Source: Promethearchaeota archaeon (GTDB lineage Archaea > Asgardarchaeota > Lokiarchaeia > Sigyniarchaeales > SOKP01). From it: a stretch of DNA of 64,000 bases. A program made the position numbers and the translations under genes. The notes below the pieces were generated by a model. It saw nothing but the letters and a program-made list of their open reading frames with translations, had not been told where the DNA came from and ran no database searches. Where the stretch lies: the NCBI GenBank assembly GCA_048940925.1, contig JBHLOC010000020.1, forward strand, positions 21,777 through 85,776. Reading direction: 5' to 3'. Of the stretch, positions 9,911 to 19,491 are shown one piece after another; the stretch's first letter is position 1; every line of letters begins with the position of its first letter.

Positions 9911-11476
9911 ATGTCATGGCTTAATATTGGTGAAATTGTCAGGGTTAATGCTCATAAATATCCAAATAAACTTGCTTTGAAAGATGCTAAACGTCAGCTA
10001 ACATTTAAACAATTAGATGAAAGAACCAATAAACTTGCGAATGGAATTCTTAAAAGTGGTATAAATAAAGGAGATAAGGTAGCAATCTTATCTAACAATT
10101 CAATTGAATTTATGGAACTCTACGTCGCCGCTGCTAAGGGAGGGTTTATTACCGTCCCAATAAGCTTTCGCTTGCATCCAGATGATGTTTTTTATATAAT
10201 TAAGAACTCAGATGCGAAGATATTAATCGTAGAATCCCGATTCCGTGAATTTACTGAAAAATCATGGAAAAACGCAAAAGAAAGAGGAGTAGACAGAGTT
10301 GAACTTATATTAATCTCTGACGAGCCTCGTGATGGCTGGAAGAACTATGAAGATATTATAGAAGAGGGTAAAAATACTTATCCATCCATTGAAATAAAGA
10401 CAGAAGACACATGGATAATCCTTTATACATCAGGGACTACAGGGAAACCAAAAGGGGTGATACGCTCCCATCGTTCTTATATTGCTTTTTTTTTAATTAA
10501 TGAAGTAGAATTCTCTTTTACTCCTCAAGATTATGGAATGATTTTGATGCCACTCTCTCATGTAAATTCCACATTCTATTCTTTTGTTTTTACTTACATT
10601 GGAGCACCAGTTTATATACATATTGAGTATAAATTTAATCCAGAAGAGATTTTAAAAATAATTGATCAAGAGAAGATAACCTTTACTTCGATGATACCTA
10701 CTCATTATAATCTGATATTAAGTCTTCCTGAAGAGAATAAAAAAAAATACGATTTAAGTTCTATGCGAGCTCTTTTAACCTCTTCAGCTCCTGCAACTAA
10801 ACAAATGAAACTAGATGTAATGGATCTTTTTAAACAAGCTCAACTCTTTGAAGCTTATGGTTCAACTGAAGCAGGCCTTGTCACAATCCTCAGACCTGAA
10901 GATCAAATGAATAAGTTAGGCTCCATTGGAAAAGAATGTATTGGAACTGATATAATTCAAATATTGGATGAACAAGGAAATCCAGTATCTGTAGGAGAAG
11001 TTGGTGAATTATATTCCCGCGGACCACAAATGTTTGGTGAGTATTACAAATTACCAGAAAAAACAAGAGAATCTTTCAATGGTGAATTTTTTAGCGCAGG
11101 TGATATGGCTAAAAAAGATGAAGATGGATTTTATTACCTTGTAGATAGGAAGGCTAATATGATTATTACAGGTGGAGAACATGTTTTTCCCTCCGAAGTT
11201 GAAAAAATTATTGTGTCACATCCACACGTTATTGAATGTGCTGTAATTGGTCTACAAGATTATAAATGGGGGGAGGAAGTGACTGCTGTTTGTGTTTTAA
11301 AGGAAGAAGTGGCATCTTCAGATGAATTCACCAAAGAAATCCGACAATTTTGCGAAAACAAATTAGCACGATTTAAGATCCCGAAAAAGGTCTTATGTAT
11401 TGATCCTGAAGAGATGCCAAGGACGGGTTCAGGTAAAGTAATTCATCGAATATTAAGAGAACGATTTAATGAATAG
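9911..11476 (+). CDS. Acyl/aryl-CoA ligase (AMP-forming)
   Basis: YTSGTTGKPKG, YGSTEAG, SAGD, PRTGSGKV. Confidence 0.92.
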   Translation: MSWLNIGEIVRVNAHKYPNKLALKDAKRQLTFKQLDERTNKLANGILKSGINKGDKVAILSNNSIEFMELYVAAAKGGFITVPISFRLHPDDVFYIIKNSDAKILIVESRFREFTEKSWKNAKERGVDRVELILISDEPRDGWKNYEDIIEEGKNTYPSIEIKTEDTWIILYTSGTTGKPKGVIRSHRSYIAFFLINEVEFSFTPQDYGMILMPLSHVNSTFYSFVFTYIGAPVYIHIEYKFNPEEILKIIDQEKITFTSMIPTHYNLILSLPEENKKKYDLSSMRALLTSSAPATKQMKLDVMDLFKQAQLFEAYGSTEAGLVTILRPEDQMNKLGSIGKECIGTDIIQILDEQGNPVSVGEVGELYSRGPQMFGEYYKLPEKTRESFNGEFFSAGDMAKKDEDGFYYLVDRKANMIITGGEHVFPSEVEKIIVSHPHVIECAVIGLQDYKWGEEVTAVCVLKEEVASSDEFTKEIRQFCENKLARFKIPKKVLCIDPEEMPRTGSGKVIHRILRERFNE

Positions 11477-11540
11477 AATAATAATAATTAAATAATTTTT
11501 TAAAAAGAGTAATTGGGAATTAAATAAGGATGTAAAACTA

Positions 11541-12749
11541 ATGTCTTTTAAAAATGCCTATATACCATATGGTCAATACTGGAGTACACCTTTTAGTAGG
11601 TGGCAGGGAAGTTTCCAAAATCTCCATGCTATTAAATTTGCAGCAGAAATCACAACAAAATTTTTAAGCAGTAGAGATATATCACCTAAAGAATTTGATG
11701 AAGTTATATTGGGTATTACTATACCGCAACTCAATTGTTTCTATGGAGGACCTTGGTTAGCGAGTATGATCGGAGCTAAACACACTACAGGACCTATGAT
11801 CAGTCAAGCTTGCGCTACTGGAACCAATACTGTCTCAATTGCTGCACAAAATATAGAAACAGGAATAAATAAAAATGTTCTTGTCATATGTGCAGACCGA
11901 TGTTCTAATGGACCTCATTTAGCATACCCAAATCCTCAAGCACCCGGTAGCACCTTAGATTCAGAAAATTGGGTATGGGATAATTTTGGATATGACCCTT
12001 ATGCCAAAAATGCTATGATTGAGACAGCTGAAAATGTAGTTAAAGAAGTAGGGATCTCAAGAAAAGATCAAGATGATTTAACTATGCTACGTTACAATCA
12101 ATATCAAGATGCTTTAAAAGATAATAGATCTTTTCAAAAAAGATACATGATAAGTCCAATTGAAGTTAAGGATCGTTCAGGTCGAAAAGTATTAGCTACT
12201 GTAGAAGGAGATGAAGGGATTTATCCAACTACAATGGAAGGACTTTTAAAACTAAAACCTGTTCTTCCAGAAGGCACAGTTACTTATGGAACACAAACAC
12301 ATCCCGCAGATGCTAACTGTGGTGTTATAGTAACTACAAAACAGAAAGCTGAACAATTAAAGAAAAGGGAAGATGTCGAGGTGAGAATTGTGTCTTATGG
12401 TGCACATAAAACTAAGAAAGGATACATGGCCATGGCAATTGTTCCTGCAGCTAAAAAAGCGTTAGATAGAGCAGAGATCTCTATAGCAGATGTATCAGTA
12501 ATTAAAACACATAATCCTTTTGCTGTGAATGATATATATTTCTGTAAGGAAATGGATGTCGATTGGAAAAATATGAACAATTATGGGAGTTCCCTTATTT
12601 TTGGTCATCCCCAAGCGCCTACAATGTTGAGAATAATAATAGAATTGATAGAAGAATTGGTATTAAAAGGAGGAGGATATGGGTTAGCAGACGGTTGTGC
12701 CGCTGGGGATACAGCCGCAGCTTTAATCTTGGAAGTAAAAATAGATTGA
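11541..12749 (+). CDS. Thiolase with atypical motifs (possible 3-oxopimeloyl-CoA thiolase)
   Basis: SQACATG, HNPFAVND, FGHPQAPT, CAAGD; N-terminal YWSTPFSRWQGS. Confidence 0.8.
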   Translation: MSFKNAYIPYGQYWSTPFSRWQGSFQNLHAIKFAAEITTKFLSSRDISPKEFDEVILGITIPQLNCFYGGPWLASMIGAKHTTGPMISQACATGTNTVSIAAQNIETGINKNVLVICADRCSNGPHLAYPNPQAPGSTLDSENWVWDNFGYDPYAKNAMIETAENVVKEVGISRKDQDDLTMLRYNQYQDALKDNRSFQKRYMISPIEVKDRSGRKVLATVEGDEGIYPTTMEGLLKLKPVLPEGTVTYGTQTHPADANCGVIVTTKQKAEQLKKREDVEVRIVSYGAHKTKKGYMAMAIVPAAKKALDRAEISIADVSVIKTHNPFAVNDIYFCKEMDVDWKNMNNYGSSLIFGHPQAPTMLRIIIELIEELVLKGGGYGLADGCAAGDTAAALILEVKID

Positions 12750-12788
12750 AATACTCAAAATTATGATTAAAATTTAACTAAAATTAAG

Positions 12789-14024
12789 GTGTCTTTGATG
12801 CGAAGAAAAGAAATAGCAGCGACTAAAGAATTAAAACAAATAATGACTGATTATTATTATGAGTTAGATGACGCTTCTAAGAGTTATGATAAAAAAATCG
12901 CATGGTGCTCAAGTGTTGGACCTGCTGAAATCTTAAGAAGCCTAGGATTTCAAGTTTATTTTCCGGAGAACCATAGCGCAATGTTAGGATCAACTAGAAT
13001 GGCAACTGATTTAATACCATACGCTAATGCAATAGGTTATTCGCCTGAAATCTGTTCATATCTTACTGCTGATATAGGGGCATATCTAAAAAAAGTTACA
13101 CCATTATCACGGGCTTATCCTGGTATTAATTCTATACCAAAACCTGATGTGCTGGTATTTAATACAAATCAATGTAGAGAGGTTCAAGACTGGTTCCGAT
13201 GGTTTTCTGAGGAATATAAAGTTCCTTTATTGGGTATCTATACACCTAGGACAATAGACGAGGTCACTGATTCAGTTATTACATTTATAGCAGAGCAGAT
13301 GGAGGAGCTTGTTAAATCCTTAGAACAGATATCAAGAGCTAGATTTGATATAAATGATCTTAAAAGGGTCGTTTCACTCTCACGTAAATGCTCTGATCTT
13401 TGGAAAGAGGTGTTAGATACAGCTGCAAACACACCTTCACCAATAACATTCTTTGATGGCACCGTCCATATGGGTCCTGCCGTGGTTTTGAGAGGAACCC
13501 AACAAGCAGTGGATTATTATAAAACTTTACTGTCAGAATTAAAAGAGAGAGTAAAAAATCACGAGGGTGCTATAGATGATGAACGATATAGAATTTATTG
13601 GGAAGGAATGCCTATATGGGGTCGACTTAGACACTATTCTGAGTTGTTTGCGAGCCTCAAAGTTTGTGTCGTGGCCTCCACCTATTGCAATAGTTGGATT
13701 TTTACTGCTTTTGACAATAAAGATCCTTTTAAAAGCATGGCAAAAGCGTATACTAACCTATTTATAGTACGTTCAGATGAATATAAAGAGGAATATCTCA
13801 AGAACATGGTAGAATTCTTTAAAGTTGATGGAATTTTGTTTCATGATGCAAAAACTTGTCCACATAATACAAATGCTCGCTATGGAATGCCACAAAGACT
13901 TGAAATAAAAGCAGGAGTGCCAAATTTGATTATAAACGGGGATTTAAATGATTTAAGATGTCTTTCTGATGAGCAATCAAGAACAAGTATAGAAGCCTTT
14001 ATTGAACAGTTAGAGGAAGGTTAA
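12789..14024 (+). CDS. 2-hydroxyacyl-CoA dehydratase (HgdAB/FldBC family) subunit
   Basis: YFPENH, ICSY, NQC, HDAKTC, GDLND, IEAFIEQL. Confidence 0.85.
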   Translation: MSLMRRKEIAATKELKQIMTDYYYELDDASKSYDKKIAWCSSVGPAEILRSLGFQVYFPENHSAMLGSTRMATDLIPYANAIGYSPEICSYLTADIGAYLKKVTPLSRAYPGINSIPKPDVLVFNTNQCREVQDWFRWFSEEYKVPLLGIYTPRTIDEVTDSVITFIAEQMEELVKSLEQISRARFDINDLKRVVSLSRKCSDLWKEVLDTAANTPSPITFFDGTVHMGPAVVLRGTQQAVDYYKTLLSELKERVKNHEGAIDDERYRIYWEGMPIWGRLRHYSELFASLKVCVVASTYCNSWIFTAFDNKDPFKSMAKAYTNLFIVRSDEYKEEYLKNMVEFFKVDGILFHDAKTCPHNTNARYGMPQRLEIKAGVPNLIINGDLNDLRCLSDEQSRTSIEAFIEQLEEG

Positions 14025-14158
14025 TATTAATAGAGAAATTCAAGAATGGAAATAATCTAGAATAATTTTTTAAAGAATTACATATAAAAATTGTTGTATA
14101 TCAAAATAAAATTATGGTAGAAAATACTAATAAATATCCTATATGAGAAAGAGAGAAA

Positions 14159-14626
14159 ATGCCTAATATAAAAGCAATTGAAATAAAGAACTATATTGGT
14201 AAAAAATTTGTTACAAGATGGTATCAAGTAACCCAAGAAGCTATAAATAAATTTGCTGATCTCACAAAAGATCACCAATATATTCATATTAACCCTGAAA
14301 GAGCAGAAGGATCAATTTATGGTCAAACTGTTGCTCATGGATTCTTTGTGCTATCTATGTTAGGCTTTTTTACATTACAAAATGGTGACAGAGATTTAAT
14401 GCAATTTTATATAACAGATGCAAAAGCAATAATTAATTATGGATTTGACAAAATTAGGTTTATATCTGCTGTTCCAGTTGGATCTCATATTCGTGATGTT
14501 TCTTATATTTCAAAAGTGGAGTTAGTTGAAAGAGGTATGAAATTTATCTCACACCATACAATTGAAATCAAAGGACAAACCCAACCGGCGGTTGTCGCAG
14601 ATTGGATTAATTTGCTTATTTTATAA
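14159..14626 (+). CDS. MaoC/NodN-like dehydratase
   Basis: FADLTKDHQYIH, TVAHGF, NYGFDKIRF. Confidence 0.88.
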   Translation: MPNIKAIEIKNYIGKKFVTRWYQVTQEAINKFADLTKDHQYIHINPERAEGSIYGQTVAHGFFVLSMLGFFTLQNGDRDLMQFYITDAKAIINYGFDKIRFISAVPVGSHIRDVSYISKVELVERGMKFISHHTIEIKGQTQPAVVADWINLLIL

Positions 14627-14637
14627 AATTTTTTTCT

Positions 14638-14919
14638 TTAACCCCCAATAAGGGGAGGAGATATAACAATTATATCCCCCTCTTTTAATTTAGTATTCAA
14701 TTCTTCTAAAAATAAGTAGTTTCTTCCATTTACTAGAATGACTACATGGCTCTCTAGTTTTCCTTGAGAATTAACAAAATTTTTTCTTAATTTTTTTCCA
14801 TGTTTTTCCATAAATTGATCAATTACATCACTTAATTTATTCACATCTGAATAATCGATCTGTGTTAATCCCACATCGGTTGAAAATATTGTCATCAATT
14901 TAAGGGTGACATTTACCAT
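14638..14919 (-). CDS. MoaD/ThiS/SAMP ubiquitin-like protein
   Basis: ILVNGRN and C-terminal PPLIGG; near AOR. Confidence 0.88.
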   Translation of the reverse strand: MVNVTLKLMTIFSTDVGLTQIDYSDVNKLSDVIDQFMEKHGKKLRKNFVNSQGKLESHVVILVNGRNYLFLEELNTKLKEGDIIVISPPLIGG

Positions 14920-15058
14920 TAAATCACTAATATTATGATTTTGTTAAAAATCTTATCCAATAGAATTATAAAGGTTAATAACAAGGTTAAAAACATTTTA
15001 TTCTATTCTAAAAATAATAGATTAATTAGTTAATATGTAAATCACCTTTTAAAATCAT

Positions 15059-16609
15059 TTGACATCTATGAATTCTAAAGATAGAATTACTGAACAATTG
15101 AAACAGATTGTAAAAAAAGATAGAATTTTAACAGATTTAGAAGACCGTTATGTATATTCTTTTGAAAAAATTTTCCTTGATAGATTTATAATAGAACCAG
15201 ACATTATTATTAGAGTCTCTTCATTGAAGGAAGAAAATGAAATAAAAAGATTTATCGAAAAAGAAGATGCTATTTTAATTGAAAGGGGTAAAACTTTAAC
15301 ACACCTTGAAAACAAATCTCTCAAGAATTTAGTCTTATTAGATAATATCGAGATTCCTACACTTAAAAATTGCATCGATAACATTGGAAAAGATGATGGA
15401 ATTATTACAAAATTCGACAAATTTGATATTAAAGGCTATGGAACTTATAGAAATATTGCTTTGGCAGTACAAAACTTATTTTTCGGAAAGACTCTAAATA
15501 AGTGCCAACAATGCATCACCTGTACTGGTTATTGTACAATATCACACTCTTTTGGTGGGATTGAAACTTGGTCTTCAAAGGGAAGATTACTCATAGCTCG
15601 AGGAATAATGAAAGGAGATTTAACCTTTTCAGACAAGATTATTAATATTTTATATACGTGTACAACATGTGGACTTTGTTTTGCCCAATGTTTTGATGAT
15701 TTAGAATTTCATGAAGCGATACTCTATCTGAGACATAAAATAGCTGAAAACAATTTGGTTCCACAGATTTTTCACACTACAGCTGACAACATTTTTGAAC
15801 ATGGGAATCCGGGAGCTATACCTATAAACCGTCGCCTTTCAAGAGTAAAGAATATATCTAAATTAAGTTTACCAGATAAATCTGATAATTTATGTTGGTT
15901 AGGGTGTACAGTTGTAACTCGAACTCCAAAAATAGCTGACGCTTTTCTCAATATTTTAAACCGAACTAATACTGAAATCACGATGCTTGGAAAAGAGGAA
16001 GGATGTTGTGGTTACGTTTTAATATCATCAGGATTATGGGAAGAAGCTAAAAAAGTTGCTAATGATGTGATTAGAAGAGTTGAAAAAACCAAAGCTAAAA
16101 CTTTAATAACACCTTGTTCAGGTTGCTATTACACCTTCAAACACCTTTATCCTGAAATTCTTAATATTGATATGCCATGCGAGATATTTCACTCCTCTCA
16201 ATTTCTTGAAAATATAGTAAAGCATCAAAAAATAAGGCTTAAACCTCTGAATCTAAATGTTACATACCATGATCCCTGTTCTCTTGGAAGACATAGTAAA
16301 GTTTACGATCCTCCACGCAATGTATTGAAAGCAATACCTAATCTTAACCTTATTGAAATGCCACTGAATAGGAATTGCTCTCGATGTTGCGGAGGTGGAG
16401 GTGGACTTTGGACATTTAATAATAATGTAAGTTTAGAAACAACTCAAACAAAACTAAAAGAAGATTTGATCCCTTTAAATGTTAATATTTTAACAACCGC
16501 ATGCCCACAATGCCAACTAAACTTCCGGTTCGCTTCTCATATGAAAAATTTTCCTAGCAATTTCTTAAAAATATATGATATTATTGAATTATTTGAATCA
16601 GCGATGTAG
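15059..16609 (+). CDS. GlpC/HdrD-like Fe-S oxidoreductase (two CCG domains) with a truncated GlcD-like N-terminus
   Basis: CTTCGLC...C, CCG, HDPCSLGR, CCGGGGG, TACPQC. Confidence 0.85.
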   Translation: MTSMNSKDRITEQLKQIVKKDRILTDLEDRYVYSFEKIFLDRFIIEPDIIIRVSSLKEENEIKRFIEKEDAILIERGKTLTHLENKSLKNLVLLDNIEIPTLKNCIDNIGKDDGIITKFDKFDIKGYGTYRNIALAVQNLFFGKTLNKCQQCITCTGYCTISHSFGGIETWSSKGRLLIARGIMKGDLTFSDKIINILYTCTTCGLCFAQCFDDLEFHEAILYLRHKIAENNLVPQIFHTTADNIFEHGNPGAIPINRRLSRVKNISKLSLPDKSDNLCWLGCTVVTRTPKIADAFLNILNRTNTEITMLGKEEGCCGYVLISSGLWEEAKKVANDVIRRVEKTKAKTLITPCSGCYYTFKHLYPEILNIDMPCEIFHSSQFLENIVKHQKIRLKPLNLNVTYHDPCSLGRHSKVYDPPRNVLKAIPNLNLIEMPLNRNCSRCCGGGGGLWTFNNNVSLETTQTKLKEDLIPLNVNILTTACPQCQLNFRFASHMKNFPSNFLKIYDIIELFESAM

Positions 16610-16621
16610 ATTGAAAAATAA

Positions 16622-16780
16622 TTATTGTTTTGCCAAACCTCGAATTTTAGGTTGACCTGGCCATGGCCATGAGATTCTATATTTAATTTTACAGTTAGGA
16701 CATGTAGCCTCTTTTACATTTGGTTGGATTGAGAAACGTTCTAAACAATTTAAACATCTACATCGAGAAGTTTCACTCAT
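16622..16780 (-). CDS. 52-aa zinc-ribbon protein (below the ORF-track cutoff)
   Basis: MSETSRCRCLNCLERFSIQPNVKEATCPNCKIKYRISWPWPGQPKIRGLAKQ*; two CxxC pairs. Confidence 0.75.
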   Translation of the reverse strand: MSETSRCRCLNCLERFSIQPNVKEATCPNCKIKYRISWPWPGQPKIRGLAKQ

Positions 16781-16986
16781 ATCTGAATCACATCTTTCTT
16801 TAAAATGTTAGGTTTGATATTACTAGATATAATCTATTGCAAAAATCTAATTTAATTGAATTAATTATTAATTTTCGTTGAAATATTTAAATCTAATGGA
16901 AGATTCAAATAACAAGTAAATTAATCTAAGTGTACAGCGATTATTATTAAAAATTTACCTTCTAAATTCAAATTCTGTAGTAGATG

Positions 16987-17002
16987 TGGGTCAAAATTCC
17001 CA
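16987..17002. promoter_or_regulatory. Operator-like palindrome TGGGTCAAAATTCCCA upstream of aor
   Basis: TGGG-N8-CCCA, near-identical to the 9723 site. Confidence 0.55.
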
Positions 17003-17064
17003 TCGCGTTAAAATAATTAATGATTCTGTACTTAATAAAGTTAATGAAATAAAGGTGGTAAATT

Positions 17065-18954
17065 ATAGTTTGGGATAAAAAAATTGCTTTTATTGACTTA
17101 TCTACAAGAGAGATAACCAAAAAGGAGATCCCAAAATCAATCCGAAAGCAGTTTTTAGGTGGTAGAGGCATAGATATGTATCTTTTATATAATTATTTAT
17201 CACCTGAGATTGATCCTTTAAGCCCTGAAAATTTGTTATTAATAGGAGCTGGATTGCTTACTGGAATCCCCGCACTTGGGAGCGGAAGATGTGATATTGC
17301 AGCAAAATCACCTATAACCGGTGCAATTGGTGACTCTAATATTGGAGGTTTCTTTGCACCTGAAATGAGGATGGCGGGATTTGACCATTTGATGATAACT
17401 GGAAAAGCTGAAAAGCCTGTATATCTTTGGGTACATGATGGTGAAATTGAAATTCTAGATGCCAGCTATCTTTGGGGAAAAGATACGTTTCGAACACAAA
17501 CTTTAATAAGATCAGATCATGGAGATGAAGAAATCAAATCTTTGGTAATAGGTAATGCAGGTGAAAATCTTGTTCGATTTGCTAACGTAAGAACAGGTAT
17601 GAAAAACTCTGCAGGAAGAACTGGGATGGGCTGTGTTATGGGATCAAAGAATTTAAAGGCAATAGCTGCTCGTGGGACGATGGACATAAAATATGACCAT
17701 CCAGAACAATTATTAGAGTATTGTAAAGAAATGATCGATATGGTCATGAAAAATCGTTATTCAAGAGCAGCATCAAAATGGGGCACACTCGTGATTTATA
17801 GCACTACAAATACTACAGGGTTGATTCGAACGAGAAATTTTCAGTTAAATCAGCTGGATCAAGGTTGGGATATTGAACCCGAAGAAATGGATAAGTATAC
17901 AATTGGGATGTCTGGTTGTTATGGTTGTCCAGTGAGCTGTCGTCATCGTTATACATTAAAAAAAGGTACCTTTGCCCCTATTTTTGCAGAAGGACCTGAA
18001 TATACTTCGCTTGGAGCATTTGGAACAATGGTAGATTGTAAAAAGATGGAGACCGTTCTCGTAGCAAACCATCTTGTGAACAAATATGGCTTAGACACAT
18101 TAGAAACTGGAGGATTAATTGCTTGGGCAATGGAGCTTTATGAAAAAGGAATAATAACAGAAAAAGTGACAGATGGGTTAAAACTTGAATGGGGCAATGA
18201 AGAAGTTGTTTTTGATCTAATTCAAAAAATTGCTCAAAGGGAAGGTTTTGGAAATTTACTAGCTGATGGATTTAGAAGAGCAATAGATAAGATAGGAGAA
18301 AAGTCTAAATACTATGCCATTGAAGTAAAAGGTATGAGTAACTTACACTCAGATGAACGACCTACACCTAGTTTAGCATTAAATATTGCTACCTCAACAA
18401 GAGGGGCCGATCATTTGAGAGGTCGGCCAGCTATAGATCTTTATGGATTGCCAGAAGATTTTTTAGAAGAGATATATGGTGGTCCTATGTCGTCAGATTA
18501 TAGGTCCTATTTTGGAAAGCCAAGGATGGTTTGGTGGCAAGAACTCTTATATGCAGTTACAGATTCACTAGGAACTTGCAAGTTTCAAACAGTTTTTTTA
18601 GCTGTACATGCTCCAAAATGGGAAGAATTTTCAAAACTTATCAATTTAGCTACTGGAATGCAATTTTCAAACTCTCAACTTATGGATATTGGGGAAAGAA
18701 TATACACAATAGAAAGAATGTTTAACAATAGGGAGGGATTTTCACGAAAAGATGATACTCTACCTGAACGCTACTTTAAGGAAGCAACTCCTATAGGGCT
18801 TCCAAGAGTGAAGGGGATAAAAATCGATAAAGAAAAATTTGAAAATATGCTAGATGAGTATTATACTTTACACGGGTGGAATAATAATGGAGTTCCCACC
18901 ACAGAAACTCTTCAGAAACTTGGAATTGAAAAAGAACAAACTCATATTATTTAA
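17065..18954 (+). CDS. aor: Tungsten aldehyde:ferredoxin oxidoreductase family protein, probable ATA start
   Basis: Upstream extension IVWDKKIAFIDLSTREITKKEIPKSIRKQFLGGRG; KSPITG, GRTGMGCVMGSKNLKA, CYGCPVSC, GPEY, STRGADH. Confidence 0.88.
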   Translation: MVWDKKIAFIDLSTREITKKEIPKSIRKQFLGGRGIDMYLLYNYLSPEIDPLSPENLLLIGAGLLTGIPALGSGRCDIAAKSPITGAIGDSNIGGFFAPEMRMAGFDHLMITGKAEKPVYLWVHDGEIEILDASYLWGKDTFRTQTLIRSDHGDEEIKSLVIGNAGENLVRFANVRTGMKNSAGRTGMGCVMGSKNLKAIAARGTMDIKYDHPEQLLEYCKEMIDMVMKNRYSRAASKWGTLVIYSTTNTTGLIRTRNFQLNQLDQGWDIEPEEMDKYTIGMSGCYGCPVSCRHRYTLKKGTFAPIFAEGPEYTSLGAFGTMVDCKKMETVLVANHLVNKYGLDTLETGGLIAWAMELYEKGIITEKVTDGLKLEWGNEEVVFDLIQKIAQREGFGNLLADGFRRAIDKIGEKSKYYAIEVKGMSNLHSDERPTPSLALNIATSTRGADHLRGRPAIDLYGLPEDFLEEIYGGPMSSDYRSYFGKPRMVWWQELLYAVTDSLGTCKFQTVFLAVHAPKWEEFSKLINLATGMQFSNSQLMDIGERIYTIERMFNNREGFSRKDDTLPERYFKEATPIGLPRVKGIKIDKEKFENMLDEYYTLHGWNNNGVPTTETLQKLGIEKEQTHII

Positions 18955-18970
18955 AGACGAGGTGTGTGAG

Positions 18971-19459
18971 ATGCAGAAAATTTTGTTTGTTGATCCAGAA
19001 AAATGTACAGGATGCAGGCTCTGTGAGATTGCTTGCTCTCTACATCATGAAAACGTATGTAATCCTTCTCAGGCAAGAATTCATATTGTAAAATGGGAAA
19101 ATTCTGGACTTTATATTCCAATGATTTGTCAGCAATGTGACACTCCCATTTGTGAGACAGTTTGCCCTATGCGTGCTATAACCAGAGATGAGGAATCAGG
19201 AGCCCTAATAATTGATGATGATTTGTGTGTAGGTTGTAAACTATGTGTGATGTTTTGTCCACTCGGTGGCGTAGGAATAGGTAAAAACAAGCAAATATTG
19301 AAATGCAACCTTTGTGATGGTGATCCTCTTTGTGTGAAATATTGTATTCCTGGTGCCCTACAATTTATAGATGGAAATACTATAAATCTAAGGAAAAGAA
19401 GAATAGCTGCGGAAAAATTTTCAGATTTAATGAAAAAAATGTTAGATGTATCAATATAA
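18971..19459 (+). CDS. 4x[4Fe-4S] electron-transfer subunit (DmsB/HycB-like) of AOR
   Basis: CTGCRLCEIAC, CQQCDTPICETVCP, CVGCKLCVMFCP, KCNLC. ATG 18971 follows GAGGTG. Confidence 0.88.
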   Translation: MQKILFVDPEKCTGCRLCEIACSLHHENVCNPSQARIHIVKWENSGLYIPMICQQCDTPICETVCPMRAITRDEESGALIIDDDLCVGCKLCVMFCPLGGVGIGKNKQILKCNLCDGDPLCVKYCIPGALQFIDGNTINLRKRRIAAEKFSDLMKKMLDVSI

Positions 19460-19491
19460 AAGATTACATGAAATTTTAGAGAGGATTAAAT

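Noticed and set aside
17065-18954. AOR-family gene as class II benzoyl-CoA reductase BamB
   Set aside because: It has classical AOR motifs (GPEY, RGADH), and no BamD-I genes are nearby.
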